Part shown: in pieces, positions 37,033 to 44,104 of the stretch | Layout: every line of letters begins with the position of its first letter | Position numbering within the stretch: the stretch's first letter is position 1 | Assembly: GCA_964195995.1 (NCBI GenBank) | Contig: CAXMQS010000036.1 | Coordinates: 100,961 to 164,960 of the forward strand | Direction of reading: 5' to 3' | Source: an uncultured Acidimicrobiia bacterium | GTDB taxonomy: Bacteria; Actinomycetota; Acidimicrobiia; Spongiisociales; JAOTWH01 | DNA length: 64,000 nt | The notes under the pieces: model-generated | Databases searched by the model: none | What the model was told of the DNA's origin: nothing | Seen by the model: the letters and a program-made list of their open reading frames with translations, nothing else | Made by a program: the position numbers and the translations under genes

Positions 37033-37962
37033 TCAACCGTTGTGGACGATCTCCACGACGGGTTGCATCGCTTCCACCGTGGCGGCCGTCCTCGGAAAGA
37101 CGTCGCACCGGACTTCGTTGAACCCGAGTTTGCCGAGTGAGAGGATGAACTCCGCGATCTGTTCGGAAGTCCCCGTCACCGGCTGTTTCATGTCCAGACC
37201 TTCAGCCGCACCGTTGCTGCTGAACCCTTCGGGAACCACGGTGTACAGGTCGAAGGTCCGTCCCACAGTGGCAGGGTCACGGTCCTCGGTCTGACACGCC
37301 CGCTCTAGCACCTCAATGATCGGTCCGATCCGCTCACCGATCTGTTCAAGAGTCTCGTCCCAGCCCCACCAGTTCCACGAGTCGGCGTACTTAGCGACGA
37401 GTTGCAGCATCTTCGGGCCTCCTGCCGCAATGTTGATAGGCGGACCCTGCTGACGAGGACCCCGCAGCACCAACTCGGCTTGACGGGCCGTGTAGAACTC
37501 ACCCTCGAAGTCAATGGCACCATCCCGGAGCAGGCCATGAATGATCTGGATTGCTTCGGCAAACCGTGAGTACCGCTTATCTGTTGGGAAACCGAACGCC
37601 TCGTAATCGGAATCTTCCGTGTTCCCTGCTCCGATTCCGAGTACGAACCGACCTCCCGAGATTTCGTCGATCGTGTCCGCGATCTTTGCCGTCATCGCGG
37701 GAGAGCGGTATGGAGAGTTGACCACCGACTGTCCCAGGCTGATTCGGTTGGTCGTCGCAGCGACCGCCGCCGCGATCGACACCGATTCCCAGACCCCATC
37801 GGTAGCACTCTCTGCCCGATACAGCAGGGCGTCCTCGAACACGAACATGTCGAATCCCGCCGCCTCTGCGGTGGCCGCCTGTTCGCTGATCGATTGCCAA
37901 GTAGGCGGCGGTGGGTCGCCGCCGGGTCGGCCATGAAGCTGCGTGATTAGCCCGACTCTCAT
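37033..37962 (-). CDS. LLM-class (luciferase-like) F420-dependent oxidoreductase
   Basis: MRVGLITQLHG..., FDMFVFEDALLY, GRFVLGIGAGNTEDSDYEAFGFP and a length of 309 aa fit the luciferase-like monooxygenase family. Confidence 0.8.
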   Translation of the reverse strand: MRVGLITQLHGRPGGDPPPPTWQSISEQAATAEAAGFDMFVFEDALLYRAESATDGVWESVSIAAAVAATTNRISLGQSVVNSPYRSPAMTAKIADTIDEISGGRFVLGIGAGNTEDSDYEAFGFPTDKRYSRFAEAIQIIHGLLRDGAIDFEGEFYTARQAELVLRGPRQQGPPINIAAGGPKMLQLVAKYADSWNWWGWDETLEQIGERIGPIIEVLERACQTEDRDPATVGRTFDLYTVVPEGFSSNGAAEGLDMKQPVTGTSEQIAEFILSLGKLGFNEVRCDVFPRTAATVEAMQPVVEIVHNG

Positions 37963-38021
37963 GGGTGGAACCTAGCCCGCCCGCACATGGAGGACTTCTT
38001 GTGCTTGGTTTCGTGAGCAGT

Positions 38022-38073
38022 CCTCTAGAAACATTCGTGAACCCTGGCACACCAGGGTGTGACCTCACCTGAG
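38022..38073 (+). repeat. R repeat copy R3
   Basis: CCTCTAGAAACATTCGTGAACCCTGGCACACCAGGGTGTGACCTCACCTGAG. Carries paired (compensatory) substitutions relative to the other copies. Confidence 0.9.
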
Positions 38074-38158
38074 ACCCCCACTCCTTAGGCGGCTGTCCCT
38101 CGCGTCGCTTGCTGGGGGCTAGGCGCTAGGCGCTGCCTGTTGTGAACTGTCGGCAGAG

Positions 38159-38764
38159 CTAGCGCCGATTCCCTGCACCTTCGCCGATGGCATCGAGGAC
38201 CTCGGGATCGTCGATGAGCCCGCCGCCACGAACTGTTGCCCCAATCGTGAGGGCGGCCGACACCAGCACGATGTTCTTGAGGATGTACTGGCCTTCGAGT
38301 GTCGGCACGAATAGGTCTGACCAGGTCACCTCTGGGAACAGGAACAGCGGTGTCACGGTTCCGAGCATCTGACCGACCAGCAACAGCAGCGTGAGGCGCA
38401 TGAACCTGCCTGCAACGAGTCCGATCCCGATCGCCGTTTCGAGGGTTGCCAGCGAGACACGTGCGAGACCTTCAGTTATCAACCCAAAGGAGAGCCGGTC
38501 GATCGTCTCTGTGGCGAGTTGGTCGGCGGGACTCAGACCCGGCCAAAACTTGAGCACTCCGAACCAGATGAAGATGCCTCCAATGCTGATCCGCAAGAGG
38601 GTCAGTCCGTGCTCCGCAAGCCAGCGGGTTACTCGGCGGTCGATCGCCTGGAACGCTGTTCGATCCACGTGGGCAACGTTATTGCTGCCGGCGAGGTAGC
38701 AGAAGTGGTTCTCGGAAATGGGCAACAGTTCCAGCGTTCTTGCACACGGCGAACAGATCACCAA
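38159..38764 (-). CDS. DoxX-family membrane protein
   Basis: Four TM segments with LLRISIGGIFIWFGVLKFWPG, typical of DoxX/YkgB-like proteins. Start uncertain. Confidence 0.65.
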   Translation of the reverse strand: MVICSPCARTLELLPISENHFCYLAGSNNVAHVDRTAFQAIDRRVTRWLAEHGLTLLRISIGGIFIWFGVLKFWPGLSPADQLATETIDRLSFGLITEGLARVSLATLETAIGIGLVAGRFMRLTLLLLVGQMLGTVTPLFLFPEVTWSDLFVPTLEGQYILKNIVLVSAALTIGATVRGGGLIDDPEVLDAIGEGAGNRR

Positions 38765-38834
38765 TTCAGGAGCAAGCGCGAGAGTCCGACAATGTGCTCC
38801 AGAACTCCACTCGGCGATCTACTCCAACTCATGG

Positions 38835-38887
38835 TCCTCTAGGAACATTCGTTGACGCTGGCACACCAGGGCGTGACCTCGCCTGAG
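38835..38887 (+). repeat. R repeat copy R4
   Basis: CCTCTAGGAACATTCGTTGACGCTGGCACACCAGGGCGTGACCTCGCCTGAGG. Confidence 0.9.
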
Positions 38888-39057
38888 GGAGAGCCGGGCT
38901 TGGGAGCACCCGGCACAGTGAGCTACTCATCGAGCGCGGTGCGCGTGAGCCCGTATCTCAAGTGAATCGATTCACAGGTGAATCGAGGTCTTTTGACCCT
39001 ATTCGTCCAAGGCGCCTAATGATGGTCTGCACCCACCGGCTGGGAGGAGACAAGCAC

Positions 39058-39717
39058 ATGGGCGCTCAGGTGTTGCGATCACTGCGCCTTGTGACCTCAC
39101 TCCTCGTCGTTGTGGTTCTAGTTGCGGCCTGCGGTGACGCCACCGAGGTGACCACGACGACGGCTTCGCCTGGCGCTCCATCAGAGACGGAGGCCCCACA
39201 GGCTACGGATGCAGCCCCAACGACTAAGGAGCCGTCAGTGGCCGCCGCAAGCATTGCAGAAGCCGGACTGCCGACTGAGTGGTTGTTAGGGAGCCCGCAA
39301 CAAGCGGAATCGGATTCACAAACCAGCGGGGATGATGAGGGTTTCGTTTTGGACATCAGCTTCCGATTCAGAAGTGACCAATATTCCGCAGAGGGCAAAG
39401 TGACTCACGAGCTAGAGCTGGTCCAAGGGGCCGTGGTGGAATGCAATGGCAGGACGTACGACGAAGAATTCCTGTGGTCGGCGATATCTCCGGGTACGGG
39501 CGAATTGGATTTCGGAGACTCGGGTTCGGTCACGATCGAATTTGAGGCGGTGGCAGTTGCTTCGATCGACGCCGCGGCGTGGCCCAAGCAGTGCTGGGAA
39601 TGGAACGGCACTTACACAGGTGCCTCGGGGAACCTGGCTACCGCCACAGGAACGTTCACCGCGGTTATTCCCGGACAACATTCAGGCGAGCCTTACGTAA
39701 TCACCTTCGATTCCTAA
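39058..39717 (+). CDS. hypothetical lipoprotein (219 aa)
   Basis: GGAGGAG RBS before ATG 39058. Signal/lipobox LLVVVVLVAACGD. No recognised domain. Confidence 0.65.
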   Translation: MGAQVLRSLRLVTSLLVVVVLVAACGDATEVTTTTASPGAPSETEAPQATDAAPTTKEPSVAAASIAEAGLPTEWLLGSPQQAESDSQTSGDDEGFVLDISFRFRSDQYSAEGKVTHELELVQGAVVECNGRTYDEEFLWSAISPGTGELDFGDSGSVTIEFEAVAVASIDAAAWPKQCWEWNGTYTGASGNLATATGTFTAVIPGQHSGEPYVITFDS

Positions 39718-39728
39718 GCCGCAGCGCT

Positions 39729-39782
39729 CCTCTCTAGGAATATTCGTCAACACTGGCACACCGGGGCGTGACCTGCCTGAGG
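39729..39782 (+). repeat. R repeat copy R5
   Basis: CCTCTCTAGGAATATTCGTCAACACTGGCACACCGGGGCGTGACCTGCCTGAGG. Starts 12 nt after the upstream stop codon. Confidence 0.9.
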
Positions 39783-40060
39783 TCTCGACGGACCTCGACG
39801 GTTGGAGGAGAAGACAGGCAGCTGGTGTAGGCGTCACCGTGGGCACTGTGAACGGCGTTGACCGCCGAGAACCGACGGGCCTGTTAGGGGAATCCGCCTC
39901 TTGCTCCTGTTGACCGAGCCAATCATCCTCGGGGCAATGGCTTGGCTCCACCACCCGTGCCGGACGAGGAGGTGACGCAAAGGGGCAAATGGGGGAGACT
40001 TCGCCAGATATTGAACACGCTGGCGTCGAAACACGGCGCCCAAACGCATCGAGGGAGAAC

Positions 40061-40372
40061 ATGATGCATGCGATGTTGATCACTTTCGAGTCGACGGCTG
40101 ATCTGGATGATCTGAAAGGTCCCTTCACTGATTACGCGAATGCGCTACAAGGGGTGGTGGGTCTGGTCTGCAAGACCTGGTTCCGGGACGGATCAACACT
40201 GGGTGGCTTCCACATCTTCACCAGCCGAGAAGACGCCGACAGCTACGTGAGCAGCGACCTGGTGGCAGGTCTCACCTCCAATGAGGCCTTCTCGGAGTTC
40301 CAGATCCGCCACTTCGACGTGCTCGACGAGTTGAGCGCCATGACCGGCAGCCCCGAGAAGGCGCTGACCTAG
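40061..40372 (+). CDS. YdhR-like small monooxygenase-fold protein
   Basis: GAGGGAG RBS before ATG 40061. The 103-aa pattern LVCKTWFRDGSTLGGFHIFTSREDADSYV...HFDVLDELS parallels E. coli YdhR (WKVWTE...GGIYLFTDEKSALAYL...FDVNEPLS). Confidence 0.6.
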   Translation: MMHAMLITFESTADLDDLKGPFTDYANALQGVVGLVCKTWFRDGSTLGGFHIFTSREDADSYVSSDLVAGLTSNEAFSEFQIRHFDVLDELSAMTGSPEKALT

Positions 40373-40378
40373 ACCCGA

Positions 40379-40463
40379 CCTGCTCCGGCGGGGGTCCCTT
40401 CGCGTCTAGTCCTCTAGGAACATTCGTGAACACTGGCCCACCAGGGCGTGACCTCGCCTGAGG
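40379..40463 (+). repeat. R repeat copy R6 (GC-hairpin left module plus full right module)
   Basis: CCTGCTCCGGCGGGGGTCCCTTCGCG tctagt CCTCTAGGAACATTCGTGAACACTGGCCCACCAGGGCGTGACCTCGCCTGAGG. Starts 7 nt after the upstream stop. Confidence 0.9.
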
Positions 40464-40759
40464 TTGAAGTTTGGCTGGCCGATGACGATGCCTCCTCAAC
40501 TCACTCGATCAGCAACTCGATTACTTGGATCTCTTGTCTACAAGACGCTGCTTCGAGGGTCTATTAGGTAAAGGCACGAAGGAAGACCGCGATCGACAGC
40601 GTCGAATATGTGCAGTCACATTTGTCGGTTGCTGTGCGTCTCTTGGAGTGAGGACAGAGAGGCGAGTCGTGGTCGAAGATGTCTGGCGAACCGCGAGGAG
40701 ATGGACCGCTCGGTTGCCGACTCCTGCTGTTACGGCTTGTAACCAAGGAGGAGATTTCT

Positions 40760-41266
40760 ATGCGCAAGCTCACGTTGGTGTTCGTCGTCGTCTTGCTGGC
40801 GGCGATGATGCTCCCGGCGGCACCCGCAGGTGCTCGCCCGGCGAGCTGGAACCCAGTGACATTCGACGTTACCGACTGTGATACGAACATTTGTACCGAA
40901 GGGGGGGTCCCTGATAGCCCCTTCAGGTTCGAGGTCCTGGCCGATCTTGCAGAGGTCACGGGGCTTTCGCCGGAAACGATTGCCGCCTGTGCAGAAGCAA
41001 CCTCAGGCACCCGGATCGGGTGGGAGGACAAATCGAACAAGAAGAAGATCCAGCTATGGATCCGGTTCCCTTGCGTGCCTGAGCCTAACCCTGACGACCT
41101 TGACCCCAATTGGACCTCGTTCAATTTGTTCATACGAGGACACCAGGGCAGTGTCGAGGTCGACTGGAATCTCTACGGCGGCAATGGAGACCTCTATGGC
41201 CTGCGCGGCGGGGGCAGCGGCAACGTGGTCGGTGGCGTCTATAGCCTCGACGGAAGACTGAAATAG
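40760..41266 (+). CDS. hypothetical secreted protein (168 aa)
   Basis: AGGAGG RBS before ATG 40760. Signal peptide MRKLTLVFVVVLLAAMMLPAAPAGA. Confidence 0.65.
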   Translation: MRKLTLVFVVVLLAAMMLPAAPAGARPASWNPVTFDVTDCDTNICTEGGVPDSPFRFEVLADLAEVTGLSPETIAACAEATSGTRIGWEDKSNKKKIQLWIRFPCVPEPNPDDLDPNWTSFNLFIRGHQGSVEVDWNLYGGNGDLYGLRGGGSGNVVGGVYSLDGRLK

Positions 41267-41290
41267 GAGGTCCTGTCCAGTCTTGGGGCC

Positions 41291-41336
41291 CCTGCTCCGG
41301 CGGGGGTCCCTTCGCGCACCCCGCACAACTAGAACG
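41291..41336 (+). repeat. R repeat terminal partial copy R8 (left module plus CTAGAAC stub only)
   Basis: CCTGCTCCGGCGGGGGTCCCTTCGCG caccccgcacaa CTAGAAC. The ACTGGCACACCAGGGCGTGACC right part is missing, and the array ends here. Confidence 0.7.
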
Positions 41337-41436
41337 ACAAGACCGCCTCGCCCGCCTCGAGGCTCGGGCCTCTAGACCAATTGGCGCCAGGCATCCACGA
41401 CGAGCGGTTCCTGAGCATCGGCGAGCCCTGCGCTAT

Positions 41437-41571
41437 TCAGTGGTGTCCAGGGAAGTCGGCCAATTTGGCGTTGAGCCAGGAGATGAATGGGGCGACGAGG
41501 GCCTCCGCAGAGGCTGTTTCGTCGGCGAGAACCTTGATGCTGATGCCGGTGTCGAAGCGGTACTCGACCAT
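41437..41571 (-). CDS. possible small ORF (44 aa)
   Basis: Strong GGGAGGAG RBS 5 nt before ATG 41571. MVEYRFDTGISIKVLADETASAEALVAPFISWLNAKLADFPGHH. Below the track length cut-off and matches no motif. Confidence 0.25.
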   Translation of the reverse strand: MVEYRFDTGISIKVLADETASAEALVAPFISWLNAKLADFPGHH

Positions 41572-41937
41572 TGTCTCTCCTCCCGTTACTTCGGTCCTAG
41601 TTCCCAGCCGATCACGGCACCTCTCCTATGGACCTGGTGTACGAGATTCTCAACGGGCGCTGCGTACCGATCGCTCAGCCCGACCCGTCGCCGCGCGAGA
41701 ACCTCAAACGCCTCGACCATGGGGCCAGTGGGTAGCCGGGATAGTCGTACCAATCTGGGTGGCTGCCGGTGTCGGGAGCCTTCGGTTTGGGCTAGCGCCA
41801 GGTCGAACCAACACCAACTGAGGTGTGTGAACGGGACCCCTGGGCGTAGAGAGCATTGATTCTTGGCGGTGAGATGCTCCGGACAGATTCGTCCCTAGGA
41901 ACGGCCCGGGACCAGGAGGGACAGGCCGGGACGTACC

Positions 41938-41959
41938 CCGTCAGACTGAAGATCCGATG
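41938..41959 (+). repeat. tRNA-Phe-like anticodon-arm fragment, copy 1 (left direct repeat of the SIR2 gene)
   Basis: CCGTCAGACTGAAGATCCGATG contains TCAGA-CTGAAGA-TCCGA (anticodon GAA loop). Matches 20 of 22 nt with 43315-43336. Confidence 0.35.
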
Positions 41960-42054
41960 CCAGCCAAATGCGTTGGCGCACATCGGACGACTTGTCCCGC
42001 AGTATTGCTGCACCACCATCGAGCTACAGTCGTTGAGGCCGCGACCTGTGGGCG

Positions 42055-43326
42055 ATGCAAGGAATCCACTCGGTGACCAGTCAACCCCCTTCCGACGGAA
42101 CAACCTACCTACTCGGTGCAGGCTTTAACCGGGTACTCGTCGATCATGAGGGTTTTAGGCCTCCGCTGGATGTCGATTTCCTCACGTTGGCGCTCACACA
42201 TCCGCAATGGGGAGGTATGCCGGGGTACCGCCCAGAGTTCCTCGACGTCTACTCAGCGCTGTTCAAGTACATCCTCTCCTACTGGCACCTCACGCCCGAC
42301 GAGCTGACTCAGGAGAACATTCCAGAGCTTCGCCAGCGTCGCTTTGGGCTTGAGAGCTGCCTCACCCTGCTCGAGCTCCAAATGGCCGATGAAGGTCGCA
42401 GCGGACTGTTTGACCTGGGGGAACTGAGAGAGGTGTGGAATAGCGCAGTCCATCTCGTCACAAAGTCCCTCAATCTCTTCAATTGGTTCCCTTTTCTGAC
42501 CGGTACAGACGTGTTCTTCGCATTCGCCAAGCGGGTGATGGACGAACGTGCGACCGTCATAACGCTCAACTACGACACACTGCTGGAGCAAGCACTGCAA
42601 CGTGTGTCGGGGTGGAACGAGGACTTTGAGTCCTCTGACATAGGTGCTGATGGGACCACGGACCTTTGGGGCAAAGGACGCGTGCAGTCAGATGCGCTGC
42701 TCGACAGGCAGCTGGTGACGGGCAGATTTCGGTGGCGTCCGGAGCTGGCGTATGGGTTCCAGTTCGATCGTGTGGAACTTGAGGCACCTTCCGGAACCTG
42801 GGTCGACGGTGCGACCTTCTACGGGCGTCCCGAGAATCACCCGTACGCCGAGCCAATTCTCAAGCTTCACGGATCTCTCAACTGGATACGCCCCAATCCA
42901 GAGTTTCCGTCTGTGGAAACTTTCCAGGAGCAAACGAATGGAAACCTCACGATCAAGGTCAGCGCCATAGATCTAGACCCGATCCTTCCTAGGGAGTTGC
43001 TTCAGCTGAAGACACCGGTCCCGGCCAAGAGCTTTCGGGAAGCGCCATTCAATGATCTATACGAGGCTGCGCGGGAGTCGTTGCGCGTCACCAACAGGTT
43101 GGTTGTAGTCGGCTATTCCTTTCCTGCGACAGATTTCCACATCAATCGACTACTAATGGAAGCGTTCGCTGAAAGGCAGCCCGATGAGGTGATCGTCGTG
43201 AACACCGATGAGAGCGTTGGTGACTTCGTGGCAGCTCTATTGGACCGGCGCCTGACCTCCTTCAAGGGTCTCGCAGAGTTCCTAGACGCAACATCTACAC
43301 CAACGACACCGCCGCCGTCAGACTGA
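42055..43326 (+). CDS. SIR2_2-family (SIR2-like NADase superfamily) protein
   Basis: YLLGAGFNRV (GAGxS-like), VITLNYDTLLEQAL, ILKLHGSLNW (catalytic His) and LVVVGYSFPATDFHINRLL (GYSxxD). A/T-richer codon choice than the housekeeping genes. Confidence 0.8.
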   Translation: MQGIHSVTSQPPSDGTTYLLGAGFNRVLVDHEGFRPPLDVDFLTLALTHPQWGGMPGYRPEFLDVYSALFKYILSYWHLTPDELTQENIPELRQRRFGLESCLTLLELQMADEGRSGLFDLGELREVWNSAVHLVTKSLNLFNWFPFLTGTDVFFAFAKRVMDERATVITLNYDTLLEQALQRVSGWNEDFESSDIGADGTTDLWGKGRVQSDALLDRQLVTGRFRWRPELAYGFQFDRVELEAPSGTWVDGATFYGRPENHPYAEPILKLHGSLNWIRPNPEFPSVETFQEQTNGNLTIKVSAIDLDPILPRELLQLKTPVPAKSFREAPFNDLYEAARESLRVTNRLVVVGYSFPATDFHINRLLMEAFAERQPDEVIVVNTDESVGDFVAALLDRRLTSFKGLAEFLDATSTPTTPPPSD

Positions 43327-43345
43327 AGAACCGAAGGTCGAGGGT
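43315..43345 (+). repeat. tRNA-like fragment, copy 2 (anticodon arm through the 5' T stem), overlapping the SIR2 stop codon
   Basis: CCGTCAGACTGAAGAACCGAAGGTCGAGGGT. Shares 20/22 nt with copy 1 and the 15-mer CCGAAGGTCGAGGGT with copy 3. Confidence 0.45.
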
Positions 43346-43784
43346 GGGATGTGAGCCTCTTCATGAGGTGCAAAGAGTGACATGTTGCAACCAGGTCGAA
43401 CTCGCGAGTCGGGCTGAACCTCCTATATCCCGTACCTCGGACCTGACGGGGAGCCTTCTTATCCAGACCTCCAGTCAATGCTTGGGTCAGGCCGCAGACA
43501 GGCCGCGAGGCACGGCGAATCAACGCAAACCATCTCTGGTTGCTGGCGAAACCGCCGATCTGCCCATGATCCCTGAACCTTCTCAGACCTCCTGATTCGC
43601 CCTCACGCGGCAGAGGTCGCTTGGTTCGATCCACAGCGTCAGTCGAGACTGCTACCCAACTGCTACCGAACGCCCCATAACCAGCCGTCACAGGACGACA
43701 CAGCCTGAACGCCATCGCCTAGGAACCCAGACAGACCGGGCCTAGCCGACACCCGATGACACTGGCTGGACCCCGAGCACCGAA

Positions 43785-43829
43785 CTTATAATCCGAAGGT
43801 CGAGGGTTCGATCCCCTCCCGGCCCACCA
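43785..43829 (+). pseudogene. 3' half of a tRNA gene (anticodon loop to CCA), with no 5' half
   Basis: CTTATAA-TCCGA-AGGTC-GAGGG-TTCGATC-CCCTC-CCGGCCC-A-CCA forms a canonical variable loop, T arm, acceptor 3' strand and CCA. The upstream 40 nt have no D arm and no matching acceptor strand. Confidence 0.7.
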
Positions 43830-44104
43830 AGGAAGCCCTGGTCAGCGCGGACGTCTCCTGGGTTTGGGCCAGTGGTCGTCGTCTACGGACCCGGCTTTTG
43901 GGCTTGCCTTCACCCGCCCCTTCCATATGCGCTATGCTTGTCGTGATATATCAGACGCCCATCTACTCGAGTAGCCGCCGGCAGGAGGCCTCTATGCCGA
44001 GTTTCCTCGGGCTCATCGAATCTTGGATCGAGCCCCAGATCTCCGAGATGCTTGCCGCACGATTGCGGCTTGCAGGAGCGCTCGGCTGCGGTTGAGATGA
44101 CGCC

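Larger units (their letters stand above)
32646..41336 (+). other. cassette-like gene array delimited by the 53-nt R repeat family
   Basis: Eight R copies or partial copies lie in one orientation. The first two inter-repeat intervals hold 2-3 genes; the last five hold one gene each, with its own RBS. See the individual repeat features and findings. Confidence 0.6.

Noticed and set aside
38841-38856. A LexA/Cheo box inside the R repeats (GAACATTCGTTGAC in R4).
   Set aside because: Only R4 approaches GAAC-N4-GTTC, with one mismatch. The other copies read GTGC/GTCA/GTGA at the second half-site, so it is not a conserved SOS box.
39729-39890. Canonical integron attC ends (RYYYAAC ... GTTRRRY) in or after the R repeats.
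   Set aside because: Only near-misses were found (CGTCAAC; GTTGACC, GTTAGGG at variable distances). The conserved part is one-sided rather than an inverse-core pair. The array is therefore reported as integron-like in organisation only.
40418-40432. A parS-like half-site (ATTCGTGAACA) in the R repeat.
   Set aside because: It lacks the palindromic partner and one A relative to TGTTTCACGTGAAACA. The resemblance is limited to about 8 nt.
35571-41336. The R repeat array as a CRISPR array.
   Set aside because: Repeat spacing is 0.7-3 kb with complete genes between copies. The repeats are ~53 nt and imperfect, and there are no short uniform spacers or cas genes.
41801-41870. A possible additional degenerate R-like copy (GGTCGAACC...GTGAACGGGACCCCTGGGCGT).
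   Set aside because: Similarity is limited to short blocks (GTGAAC, GGGCGT, GGTCGAAC) with a different internal sequence. It is too weak to call without a statistical alignment.
43738-43829. A full-length, long-variable-arm tRNA ending at 43829.
   Set aside because: Only 5 acceptor pairs could be drawn (GGGCC/GGCCC). There is no D arm, and the anticodon stem 5' strand does not pair. It is interpreted as a 3' fragment only.
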